From assembly GCA_963712235.1 (NCBI GenBank), contig CAVQHC010000017.1:42754-106753 (forward strand): a DNA stretch of 64,000 bases. The letters are read 5' to 3'. Below, piece by piece: positions 56,069-64,000 of the stretch. Below the pieces are notes generated by a model. The model was given only the letters and a program-made list of their open reading frames with translations. It searched no databases and was not told the origin of the DNA. Numbering within the stretch: the first letter of the stretch is position 1; every line of letters starts with the position of its first letter. The translations under genes were made by a program, and so were the position numbers. The stretch comes from an uncultured delta proteobacterium. GTDB taxonomy: Bacteria > Myxococcota_A > Polyangia > Polyangiales > Houyiibacteriaceae.

Positions 56069-58444
56069 TCAGTTCTTGAGGAGCGCATCACACTCGGCGC
56101 TGATGTAGCCGAGGGCGACGAGCTGTCGGCAGAGCTCGGGCGTCATGTCCTGCTTTTCTTCGGCCAGCCCGGGCGCCTTCTTGGCACCAGCCCCGCTCGG
56201 AGCCGCCAGCCAACGGCCGCGATCCTCGGCCCCGAGGAACTGCCCGTGGAGTGTCCGCAGGTAGCGCTGAGCGATCGGATTCTGGGTGCCGTCGAGCTCC
56301 TTCTTCTCCCAGTAGTCCTTGCCGAGGTCGAACATGACCTGGGTCAAATTGCCGCGAATGATCATTTTCCAATCGCCGCCGCGAATCACCCGGCGGTGAT
56401 CGAGGAAGTCGCTGAACGCGACGTAGGGACCGGCGGGCCAATCGCCCCGCATGAAGCCGAGGAGGCTTCGTCCCTCGAACACGTCGGGGATCGAGACGCC
56501 CGTTGCCTCGAGGACGGTCGGCCCAATGTCCATCGTGCTGACGACCGGACCGATGCGCATGCCCGCTGGAACGACACCCGGCCATCGAAACATCAGCGGA
56601 ACCCCGAGGAGCTCTTGATAGACCGAGTGCCCATGGCCCCAAGAGCCGTGCTCCTGGAACTCTTCTCCGTGGTCCGACGTCACGACGACGATGGTGTTCT
56701 CTTCGAGCCCGAGCTCGCGAAGCTTGACGAGGAACTTCCCGAAGTACTCGTCGTGGTAGCTGATCTCCCCGTCGTGCAGCGCTTCGATGCGCTCCTTGTC
56801 GCGCTTCGTGAATGCGTACTTCTTCGGGTTCTTTTTCGCTTCATCGAGCATCAGGTGTGTACGGCGGTTCTGCACTTGCCCGCTGTATGGCTGCGGGTCG
56901 TACATCTGCAGGAACTTCGCGGGCGGGTCGTAGGGCACGTGCGGATCGATCGTCTGAATGTAGACGAAGAAGCGGCCGTCCTTGTGCTTTTCGATCCAGC
57001 TCTGGGCCTCCCCGAACACGTTCGATGCGTTGGTGTTGCGCGCCTCGCGAATGTAGTTGGTGTAGTGATCCCAACCCTGATCGAAACCAAAAGCGTTCGA
57101 CACGTAGCCATTGGCAATGAAGCTCGCGGTCTTGAAACCGGCCTTCTTGTAAACTTCGCTCAGCATCAACGCCGACTTCGGGAGCTTCGAGGCGTCTTCC
57201 TTGGTGCGGTGCGTGGCGGGGTGAAGCGAAGTGAGCACGCTTGCGACGGAAGGCTTGGTCCAGTTCTCGGGGGACTGCGAGCGTTCGAACAGAGTGCCCT
57301 GCGCGGCGAACTCGTCGATCGTCGGAGTCTTTACTCGGGTTTTCGGATAGTAGGCATGTACCTTGCTCGCGCGCAGCGTATCGACGAGCAGGACGATCAC
57401 GTTGCGCGCCGGCTCGTCCATCGCCACCGGCTCGCCGGCCCGCCGGACGATTCGGATGTCGCTGATGGCAAGATCGGAAGCGCCCTCGTTTCGGAAACGC
57501 AACCGGGCGATCTCTCCTGCGTGTCGACTCAAGGAAACCGTTCGATCGCTCCATGCAGGCCCAAGCTCCATCCGTTCGACGGAGCCTGCCGAGCTGTCGG
57601 TGCTGACCAGAAGGGACAGGGTTCCGCTTCCGTCGGCGGCCAGGCCGGATCCGAATACCAAGCTGCCTTCGTCCGGCGCCTCGACGAACCAGTCGACCTG
57701 CGCCCCGGGCGCCACGACGATCGCGCGCCGCTCGACGCCAGCCGCCGTGACTTGGCTCAGCTCGACGCGCCGCGGCGCAGCCGAACTCGGAGCGCCGGAT
57801 GGCTCGAATCGCAGCCAGTCGATCGCGAGCGATCGAGCCTTCCCCCGAACCTGGGCGCTCTTGGTCGCGCGCAGCATGATCGAATTCTCACCCGCGCGGA
57901 GCTGCGCTGCGGGTATTGGGATCACGAGCTCCCGAAAACCGTCTCCTGGCGTCATTCGCGCTTCACCGGCGGTTTTGCCATTGACGTAAACGATGAGCGC
58001 TCCGGTAGCGTAGGCCTTGGCGCGGAAGCGCAGCTGCATCGCTTCCTTTCGCGCCGCCGGTAGATAGAGCCGCGCCGTCTTGCCGAAGGTCGACACGCGC
58101 GCTTCGCCTTCCCGGCTCTCGCCCAGCCAGCCGCTGTTCCAGTTCCCGATGGTGTACTTGGGCCGAGCCGCGGTGCCGAAGTCGATGAAGAGACCCGCTG
58201 GCTCGTAGACATCGGCCAAATGCAAGAGCGCCAGGAGGTCCTCGTGCTGAGCCGTACCCTCGGGCGCGGGGGCGACTGCGGGCGCGGGCACGGCCGAGCG
58301 TTTCGGACGGGCGCGTTGGGGTTCACCCTCCGATGCCTGTTCTGGTTGCTCAGCCGGGCCTGCCGCATCCTGCTCGCAGGTATACCCCTGAAGACAAAGC
58401 AAAATGAGCAGTGCCCATCGGCGCTTCGTGTGACTTCCCCACAT
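56069..58444 (-). CDS. Alkaline-phosphatase-superfamily (sulfatase-fold) hydrolase with N-terminal beta-sandwich region
   Basis: NVIVLLVDTLR metal-binding start, WTKPSVASVLTSLHP at the nucleophile position, VVVTSDHGEEFQEHGSWGHG. Signal WALLILLCLQGYTC. Confidence 0.75.
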   Translation of the reverse strand: MWGSHTKRRWALLILLCLQGYTCEQDAAGPAEQPEQASEGEPQRARPKRSAVPAPAVAPAPEGTAQHEDLLALLHLADVYEPAGLFIDFGTAARPKYTIGNWNSGWLGESREGEARVSTFGKTARLYLPAARKEAMQLRFRAKAYATGALIVYVNGKTAGEARMTPGDGFRELVIPIPAAQLRAGENSIMLRATKSAQVRGKARSLAIDWLRFEPSGAPSSAAPRRVELSQVTAAGVERRAIVVAPGAQVDWFVEAPDEGSLVFGSGLAADGSGTLSLLVSTDSSAGSVERMELGPAWSDRTVSLSRHAGEIARLRFRNEGASDLAISDIRIVRRAGEPVAMDEPARNVIVLLVDTLRASKVHAYYPKTRVKTPTIDEFAAQGTLFERSQSPENWTKPSVASVLTSLHPATHRTKEDASKLPKSALMLSEVYKKAGFKTASFIANGYVSNAFGFDQGWDHYTNYIREARNTNASNVFGEAQSWIEKHKDGRFFVYIQTIDPHVPYDPPAKFLQMYDPQPYSGQVQNRRTHLMLDEAKKNPKKYAFTKRDKERIEALHDGEISYHDEYFGKFLVKLRELGLEENTIVVVTSDHGEEFQEHGSWGHGHSVYQELLGVPLMFRWPGVVPAGMRIGPVVSTMDIGPTVLEATGVSIPDVFEGRSLLGFMRGDWPAGPYVAFSDFLDHRRVIRGGDWKMIIRGNLTQVMFDLGKDYWEKKELDGTQNPIAQRYLRTLHGQFLGAEDRGRWLAAPSGAGAKKAPGLAEEKQDMTPELCRQLVALGYISAECDALLKN

Positions 58445-58530
58445 GCGCGTTCGGCTACCACGGCTCGGCGAGGGGAGCAACGGAGCCGGGGCGACCCTCG
58501 AGCCTAGTGATGTGCTAGTGCTCTGGCCGT

Positions 58531-60447
58531 ATGGATGGGAACGGCGAGCCTCGCGATTGGAGCGTCAAGAAGAGCAGCAAGCTCTACCAGATCAAAGGCT
58601 GGGGAGAGCCCTACTTTCGCATCAATGAGCACGGGCACGTCGAAGTGCGCCCCGATCCGACCGAAGACCAGGCGATCGACCTCTACGATCTCACCAAACA
58701 GCTGACGGAGCGCGGGCTCGATCTACCCTTGCTGATTCGGTTTCCCAACATCCTTCAAGATCGACTCCGGCTTCTCAACGAGGGCTTCCAACGTGCGATC
58801 CGTGAGTACGGCTACGACGGAACCTACCGGGGTGTGTTTCCGGTCAAAGTCAATCAACAGCGGCATCTGGTCGAGGAAATCGTCGAATCCGGAAGGCCGT
58901 GGCGATTCGGCCTGGAAGCCGGGTCGAAGCCCGAGCTTCTGATCACGCTCGCTGCGATGGAAGACGAAGACGGCTTCATCATCTGCAATGGTTACAAAGA
59001 CCTGGCGTACATGGAGACCGCGCTCGTCGCGCAAGGCTTCGACAACACCGTCATCGTCGTGCTCGAACGCATCGAAGAGCTCGAGCTCGCCTTTCGGGCA
59101 TCCGAGACACTCGGCATCCGGCCCTGTCTCGGGGTTCGGGCGAAGCTGAGCAGCAAAGGAATGGGGCGCTGGGCGGACTCCGCAGGCGACCGCGCGAAGT
59201 TCGGCCTTTCGATGTCGGAAATGGTGCACGTCGTCGACGAGCTCGAAAAGCGGGACATGCTCGATTGCCTCAAGCTCCTTCACTTCCATCTCGGGAGCCA
59301 GGTCTCGAGCATCATCCCGGTGAAAAACGCGATGCGCGAAGCGGGACAGATCTACGTCGAGCTGACGAAGATGGGTTGCGAGATGGGCTTCCTCGATGTT
59401 GGCGGCGGCTTGGCGGTCGACTACGACGGATCAAAGACCGACTTCCGCGGCTCGATGAACTACGATCTGCAGGAGTACGCCTACGACGTCGTGGCGGGCA
59501 TCCAGGAGGCCTGCGAAAAGGCGAGCGTGAAGCCGCCTACGATCGTCAGTGAGAGCGGCCGCTCGATCGCAGCGTACCAATCGGTGCTGGTGTTTGATGC
59601 TCTGGGCGTCGACCGCGTCGATTTCGACGATCCAGACAAACCCTCTCCCGACGATCATCGAATTCTCGACGAGTTCTACGAGACCTGGCAGGGCATTCAG
59701 CCGAAGAACGTCCAAGAAGCCTGGCACGATGCGCAACAAGCGCTCGAAGAAGCCCGAAGCCTGTTCAAGTTCGGCTACCTCAGTATGCGCGAGCTGGCGC
59801 GCGCAGAGCATCTGTTTTGGAGCTGCTGCGAGAAGATTCTGCAAAACATGCGCCGGCTGAAATACGTGCCCGAGGAGCTCCACGCCGTCGAGGACCTCAT
59901 GGGGGCAATCTACTACTGCAACTTCTCCTTGTTCCAATCGGCGCCCGACATTTGGGCGATGGACCAACTGTTCCCTTTCATGCCGATTCATCGCCTCACC
60001 GAAGAGCCCACCGTCCGGGCGAGGCTGGCGGACCTGACCTGTGACTCCGACGGCATCGTCGACCACTTCATCGACGTCGAAGAGGTGCAGCGCTCGCTCA
60101 ACGTTCATGCGGTGAAAGACGGGGACGAATACCTGCTGGGCATGTTCCTCGGCGGCGCCTACCAAGAGATTCTCGGCGACCTTCACAATCTGTTCGGCGA
60201 TACCAACGCCGTGCACGTGCGGCTCGAAGACTACGGTTACAGCGTTGCCAACGTCATCAAAGGCGACTCGATCGACGAAGTGCTTCGCTACTTGCAGTAC
60301 GACCCGGAAGAGATGGTCGAACGCGTTCGCAAGCAGGCCGAACGCGCGCTCAATCAAGGGCGGATGACCTTGCCGCAGCTGCGCACCTTCATGATGCACT
60401 ATGAAGCGAGCCTTCGCGGCTACACCTATCTCAAGGGCGACGCCTAG
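58531..60447 (+). CDS. speA: Biosynthetic arginine decarboxylase
   Basis: WSVKKSSKLYQIKGWGEPYF, FPVKVNQQRHLVEE (PLP Lys), LDVGGGLAVDYDG, CDSDG. 638 aa. Confidence 0.93.
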   Translation: MDGNGEPRDWSVKKSSKLYQIKGWGEPYFRINEHGHVEVRPDPTEDQAIDLYDLTKQLTERGLDLPLLIRFPNILQDRLRLLNEGFQRAIREYGYDGTYRGVFPVKVNQQRHLVEEIVESGRPWRFGLEAGSKPELLITLAAMEDEDGFIICNGYKDLAYMETALVAQGFDNTVIVVLERIEELELAFRASETLGIRPCLGVRAKLSSKGMGRWADSAGDRAKFGLSMSEMVHVVDELEKRDMLDCLKLLHFHLGSQVSSIIPVKNAMREAGQIYVELTKMGCEMGFLDVGGGLAVDYDGSKTDFRGSMNYDLQEYAYDVVAGIQEACEKASVKPPTIVSESGRSIAAYQSVLVFDALGVDRVDFDDPDKPSPDDHRILDEFYETWQGIQPKNVQEAWHDAQQALEEARSLFKFGYLSMRELARAEHLFWSCCEKILQNMRRLKYVPEELHAVEDLMGAIYYCNFSLFQSAPDIWAMDQLFPFMPIHRLTEEPTVRARLADLTCDSDGIVDHFIDVEEVQRSLNVHAVKDGDEYLLGMFLGGAYQEILGDLHNLFGDTNAVHVRLEDYGYSVANVIKGDSIDEVLRYLQYDPEEMVERVRKQAERALNQGRMTLPQLRTFMMHYEASLRGYTYLKGDA

Positions 60448-60506
60448 ATTCCAAGGATTTTCGGTCCGATTTCGACACGCGGCCGCCCAGGCTCTACCTT
60501 GAAAGG

Positions 60507-61247
60507 GTGAATGTAGCGGAGTTCCAAGAGGCGCTCCTTCAGCAGATGGAGCGAAAAGTGCACTGGGCCTGGCCGGCCTTCACGCACGGGCTGATTTCGA
60601 GTCAGAAGCTGCACATCCACCTGGAGCAAGAGTGGGAAGTGTACGTACGCGATTTCCCAATCATGGTGGGCCGCGCTTACGTGCAGTGTCCGATCGCAGA
60701 GGTACGCCGCGAGCTGGCGGAGAACCTCTACGAAGAAGAAACCGGTGGATTGGCCGCGGGGAGGCCCCATCCGGACCTGTTCATGATGTACCCGCAAGGT
60801 CTCGGAATGGACCTCGACCGGTTCGCCAAGGTTCTGCTGTTACCCGCCTCGCGTGCCTACCGCGACTTTTTGGACGACGCGACGATGAATCGCGGCTGGT
60901 CGGTCGCGGCGTCGATCGCAACGCTCTTCATCGAGGGCACGGCATACGAGCGTCACGAGCTCGATCCGTCCGCACCTCCTCGCCCACAGCCGCCGCTCGA
61001 AGAGCATCCGCTCGTGAAGCACTACGGCCTTCCCGTCGAATGCCTGGCGCTGACCAAAGCGCACCGCTCGGTCGAAGGCGAGCACAGGCAGGCCGCGTGG
61101 CGCGTGATGCTGAATCAGGTGCCGATCGACGACCGCTTCGAGGTGGTTCAAGCGACGGCGCAAGCGGTCGATGCATGGCTCGCCTACCGGGATGACGTGG
61201 CGTCGGCCTGCGGCATCCACCGCGACGAGCTGCCCCTAACCGCCTAA
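60507..61247 (+). CDS. Heme-oxygenase-like (TenA/PqqC-type) iron-containing redox enzyme family protein
   Basis: GTG start. ENLYEEETGG...HPDLF and EGEH helical-bundle pattern typical of PqqC/TenA-like proteins. The family call is tentative. Confidence 0.55.
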   Translation: MNVAEFQEALLQQMERKVHWAWPAFTHGLISSQKLHIHLEQEWEVYVRDFPIMVGRAYVQCPIAEVRRELAENLYEEETGGLAAGRPHPDLFMMYPQGLGMDLDRFAKVLLLPASRAYRDFLDDATMNRGWSVAASIATLFIEGTAYERHELDPSAPPRPQPPLEEHPLVKHYGLPVECLALTKAHRSVEGEHRQAAWRVMLNQVPIDDRFEVVQATAQAVDAWLAYRDDVASACGIHRDELPLTA

Positions 61248-62696
61248 AAGCTTCTTTTGGACCTTGCCCATCGCGTTCCGCGGGAGCTCGACCAGAAACT
61301 CGATGTCTCGGGGGCGCTTGTGGGGGCTCAAGCGCTCGGCGACGAAGCCCGTGAGCGCGGCGGCGTCCCCGGCTTCTCCGGGCTCCAAGACTACGAAGGC
61401 CACGATTCGCTGGCCGAGGTCATCGTCGGGCACCCCGACGACGGCCGCCTCGCGAACCGATCGGTGCTCGAGGAGGCAGGCCTCGACCTCACCGGCGCCC
61501 ACGCGATAGCCGCCGGTCTTGATCAGGTCGGTGCTCCGTCGACCCAAGATGCGAATCGCGCCCTCTTCGGTGCGCGTCGCGAGGTCACCGGTGTAGAACC
61601 AGCCTGCATCGTCCAAGACGGCAGCGGTCGCGTCCTCGCGGTTGAGATAGCCGCTGAAGACCGCATCGCTCCGGACGGCGACTTCGCCAATGGTCTGATC
61701 GTCGTGCGCGTCGAGCACGCGTCGCTGCTCATCGACGAGCTTCAGCTCCACCCCAGGCAGCGGCGGGCCAACGTAGCCGGGCATCGGATCGTGGGACGCG
61801 GGGACGCCGCAATTGATGAGGGTCTCGGTCAGGCCGTACCGCTCGTGAACGCCGCGCCCGGTGAGCGCTTGGATTCGCTGGTGCTCCCGAAGCGAAAGCG
61901 CGGCCGAGCCGGACACGAGCAAGCGCGGACGACGGAGGGTTTCGCAAAGGCCCGCATCCTGCTCGGCGGCTTCGGCAAGCCGGTGAAACATCGTCGGCAC
62001 GGCGAACAAGATCGTTTGGTCGTGGCGCGGGTCCGCAATCGCAGCCGAGATGCCTTCCGGCGAGAATCGCGGAACGTAGTGAAGCGCGCCGCCCAGATGG
62101 AGGCTGCCGAAGAGCCCCAGCACCAAGCCGTGGGCGTGGATCAAGGGCAGCGAATGGACGACGGTGTCTCGTTCGGTCCACGCCCAGGCTTCGGCAAGCG
62201 CATCGAGGTTGGCGGCAATGTTGCGTCGCGTGATCACCGCGCCCTTGGGTGGGCCGGTCGTGCCGGACGTGTAGAGAATCAGCGCAGCGGACGCATCGAT
62301 CGGGATTGCCGGCAGGGTTTCCGATCGGGGCCGATACGCGGCCCGAAGCGAGGGGACCCCAACCGCTTCGTGGGGCAACTCGTGCCGCTCGCAGCAAAAC
62401 GCGAGCTTGGGCGTGCAGTCCTCGTAGATGTAGGCGAGCTCGCTCGAGCCGAGCTTCGGATTCAGAGGCACCGTCGCTACGCCGGCCAACGCGTTTCCAA
62501 TCATCGCGGCAGCCGTGCAGAGATCGGGCTGCGACCAAACGGCCACGCGATCCCCCGCGGTGACCCCCGTCCGTTCGAGCAAGGCAACATGCTCGAGCGC
62601 AGCGCCGGCGAGCTCGGCGTAGGTCCAGGACTCGCCCGCAACCAAGAACGCTAGGCGCGAATCGGCGTGAGTCAGGCGGGGGAAAAGGTCGGACAC
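61236..62696 (-). CDS. AMP-binding acyl-CoA synthetase (MatB/medium-chain type)
   Basis: LYTSGTTGPPKGAVITRRN, ERYGLTET, YTGDLA, IKTGGYRV, GKVQKKLL. Confidence 0.85.
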   Translation of the reverse strand: MSDLFPRLTHADSRLAFLVAGESWTYAELAGAALEHVALLERTGVTAGDRVAVWSQPDLCTAAAMIGNALAGVATVPLNPKLGSSELAYIYEDCTPKLAFCCERHELPHEAVGVPSLRAAYRPRSETLPAIPIDASAALILYTSGTTGPPKGAVITRRNIAANLDALAEAWAWTERDTVVHSLPLIHAHGLVLGLFGSLHLGGALHYVPRFSPEGISAAIADPRHDQTILFAVPTMFHRLAEAAEQDAGLCETLRRPRLLVSGSAALSLREHQRIQALTGRGVHERYGLTETLINCGVPASHDPMPGYVGPPLPGVELKLVDEQRRVLDAHDDQTIGEVAVRSDAVFSGYLNREDATAAVLDDAGWFYTGDLATRTEEGAIRILGRRSTDLIKTGGYRVGAGEVEACLLEHRSVREAAVVGVPDDDLGQRIVAFVVLEPGEAGDAAALTGFVAERLSPHKRPRDIEFLVELPRNAMGKVQKKLLGG

Positions 62697-62736
62697 TGCG
62701 ATTCGATACCAGCTAACCGGTCACTTGTCTCGCTAA

Positions 62737-62786
62737 CACTGGCACTGGCACTGGCACTGGCACTGGCGGTGGCGCTGGCGCTGACC
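62737..62786. repeat. (CTGGCR)n hexanucleotide array, left flank of copy C
   Basis: cactggcactggcactggcactggcactggcggtggcgctggcgctgacc. Confidence 0.9.
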
Positions 62787-62790
62787 TACC

Positions 62791-62981
62791 GGGGCTCGGA
62801 AAAAGGCGCGACACGGGGCTGCGCCGAACGGCTCGGCTTGCATTTGTGTTCGGAAGCACTTGGGAGCTTTGACCACGCAAGCCTCGCCTCGGCGCGCGCG
62901 CCAATCTGCGGTGGTTGCTGTTTTGCAGATTGGCACTTGCGACGTCGACTCCGCCCCATATCGCGCCTTTTTCCGAGCCCC
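62791..62981 (+). repeat. 191-bp foldback element, copy C
   Basis: Perfect 21-bp terminal inverted repeat GGGGCTCGGAAAAAGGCGCGA / TCGCGCCTTTTTCCGAGCCCC. Internal GCCAATCTGC..GCAGATTGGC hairpin. Confidence 0.85.
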
Positions 62982-63104
62982 TCCACACATAGACATTCAT
63001 GGCGAGGAGCGAGGCGTAAGGGTGCTCCCGCGATGTCCTCGACGTAGTTCGACATTTACGGCGGGAGTACGTTCCGAGATCCGCAAAACCTCGGGGCGCA
63101 GGCC

Positions 63105-63431
63105 CTAGCGACCCGAGAGTCTCCATGACATCGCGCAGACTTCATCGAGCACGATGTCGACCTCTGCGACTCGCGTGCTTGGAAAGTAGCCGTAAGCGAC
63201 TGCGAGTTGGAGCCCTGCGCGAACTTCTTTCGCGGACCCGCACGCTGACGCGAACCGAGCTTTCGCCGTTCCAGGGTCGTTTCCATCGGCTTCGGCGATG
63301 TTGAGAACGACGCTGTTCATGGCCCGATGGATTTGGTCGAAGAGCGACCGGTCCCGTTTCCGAACGACCGGAAGCACCTCTCGCAGCCCGCCTGCCGCCT
63401 GAAGCGCCCTTTGCTGAATGATGAGTCCCAT
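63105..63431 (-). CDS. Four-helix-bundle protein (23S rRNA intervening-sequence protein / Avd-like family)
   Basis: QIHRAMNSVVLNIAEADGN...RFASACGSAKEVRAGLQLAVAYGYF...VDIVLDEVCAMSWRL matches the NIAEG...GS..E...L.lA..lgy signature. AAGGAG 7 nt before ATG 63431. The upstream extension in the track runs through the repeat array. Confidence 0.75.
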   Translation of the reverse strand: MGLIIQQRALQAAGGLREVLPVVRKRDRSLFDQIHRAMNSVVLNIAEADGNDPGTAKARFASACGSAKEVRAGLQLAVAYGYFPSTRVAEVDIVLDEVCAMSWRLSGR

Positions 63432-63438
63432 GAGTGAT

Positions 63439-63509
63439 CTCCTTTTTTGCGAGTGAGTGGGGTTCACCGAAAGGGCGAAGCCCGGCCCCACTCGCTCGCA
63501 AAAAAGGAG
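63439..63509. promoter_or_regulatory. 24-bp-arm palindrome containing the RBS of the four-helix-bundle gene
   Basis: CTCCTTTTTTGCGAGTGAGTGGGG (63439..63462) pairs with CCCCACTCGCTCGCAAAAAAGGAG (63486..63509), with one G-T position. The 23-nt loop contains GGGC-GAA-GCCC. Confidence 0.6.
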
Positions 63510-63550
63510 TTTACGATGACCAAGTAGAGTCACATGAGCACGTCTCGCGG

Positions 63551-63615
63551 TCGCTGACGCTGTCGCTGTCACTGACGCTGGCGCTGGCGCTGACACTGGC
63601 ACTGGCACTGGCACC
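63551..63615. repeat. (CTGACG/CTGGCR)n hexanucleotide array, right flank of copy C
   Basis: tcgctgacgctgtcgctgtcactgacgctggcgctggcgctgacactggcactggcactggca. Confidence 0.9.
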
Positions 63616-63619
63616 GACA

Positions 63620-63646
63620 CCCGCCCACCCGCAGGGGGTGGGCGGG
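63620..63646 (-). terminator. GC-rich hairpin downstream of the rhodanese gene (also part of the repeat-family end motif)
   Basis: CCCGCCCACCC (63620..63630) pairs with GGGTGGGCGGG (63636..63646). No U-run, so the terminator function is uncertain. Confidence 0.3.
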
Positions 63647-63665
63647 CGGTGAAACCAAACCGCTG

Positions 63666-64000
63666 CTACCGCTCGACGGGGAAAGCCCCGCTCCCCCACT
63701 CTGCCCAGGACCCGTCGTACAGCCTCACGTCCTCGAAGCCGAGGGCGGTCAAGGTCAGCCAGTCGAACGAGCCTCGCCATCCCGTCAAGCAATAGCTCAC
63801 AGTGGTCTCAGTCCGGTCCAGGCCCTCGTAAAGCGCCGCTAGCTCGGGCTCGGATTTCAAGAGGCCACCGTCCAGGTTCCTCGTCCAGTTGACGCTGCGC
63901 GCAGTCGGGATGCGGCCGTCGTCATATTCGCCCTCGGAACGCGCATCGACGAGCTGAATCGCGGGCATGTCGTACGGGTCGTCCCCGATCTGCATGAGGA
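63666..64000 (-). CDS. Rhodanese-domain sulfurtransferase, C-terminal part (5' end outside window)
   Basis: LVDARSEGEYDDGRIPTARSVNW and active-site loop SYCLTGWRGS. The ORF is open to the window edge. Confidence 0.75.
   Translation of the reverse strand, partial: LMQIGDDPYDMPAIQLVDARSEGEYDDGRIPTARSVNWTRNLDGGLLKSEPELAALYEGLDRTETTVSYCLTGWRGSFDWLTLTALGFEDVRLYDGSWAEWGSGAFPVER

Larger units (their letters stand above)
62737..63662 (-). mobile_element. Intact copy of the composite repeat: array / 191-bp element / spacer / four-helix-bundle gene / palindrome / array / G-rich end motif
   Basis: Collinear with 19641..20225 over arrays, 191-bp element, about 120-bp spacer, palindrome half, mini-ORF and end motif. 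The left flanks of the two copies are unrelated, which defines the boundary. Confidence 0.75.

Noticed and set aside
54992-58063. 1023-aa ORF on the plus strand, the longest in the track
   Set aside because: Its product is Arg/Gly/Asp-rich and low-complexity with no motifs. Its first part overlaps the DUF368 gene in another frame, and the rest is antisense to the well-supported sulfatase-fold gene. It is a typical shadow ORF of GC-rich DNA. The same reasoning applies to 20705..21865, 9811..11055, 36148..37263, 51339..53294, 15153..15878 and similar antisense ORFs.
63432-63620. N-terminal extension of the four-helix-bundle ORF (171-aa version in the track) and the ORFs reading through the repeats (19597..20124, 62667..63047, 32898..33395, 28502..28990)
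   Set aside because: The extension translates the array (VPVPVPV...), the palindrome and the mini-ORF region, and has no RBS. The internal ATG 63431 has AAGGAG at correct spacing and gives a family-typical length. The other ORFs are translations of non-coding repeats and differ between copies by frame-breaking changes.

Overview
GC-rich chromosomal segment, very likely myxobacterial. Evidence: two proteins end in MYXO-CTERM-like tags (GC...hydrophobic...RRR), one lipoprotein carries a Myxococcus-type Cys-rich repeat, and there is a GltJ/AgmX-like ZnR-GYF protein. I support about 57 protein genes, mostly housekeeping: recA, comM, tadA, hpt, queE, prfC, pip, ettA, speA, fxsA, four acyl-CoA ligase paralogs, an htdX/fabG4/thiolase trio, and many lipoproteins. 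There are also five tRNAs (Ser-CGA, Ser-GGA, Ser-GCU, Ser-UGA, Arg-ACG) and the small SRP RNA. Two things stand out. (1) A repeat family that no standard feature type explains. Arrays of the hexanucleotide CTGGCR bracket a 191-bp foldback element, a conserved spacer and a 108-aa Avd-like four-helix-bundle mini-gene whose RBS sits inside a 24-bp-arm palindrome. There is one intact copy (62737..63662), one copy with the gene deleted (19641..20225), one inverted 191-bp copy inside a larger foldback (28534..29045), one solo array (33029..33120), and the same microsatellite used as a coding linker (39227..39345). The terminal stems of divergent 191-bp copies differ by compensatory changes. (2) About ten apparent frameshifts in six genes, all in the first 24 kb, and all of the sign expected from a single extra base. 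Other candidates are a TIMP-like CSC-N-terminus protein with MYXO-CTERM and a translationally coupled sulfotransferase/aminotransferase/reductase cluster. CDS coordinates come from the ORF track. Coordinates of RNAs and repeats were counted by hand and may be off by 1-2 nt. No database search or folding program was available.
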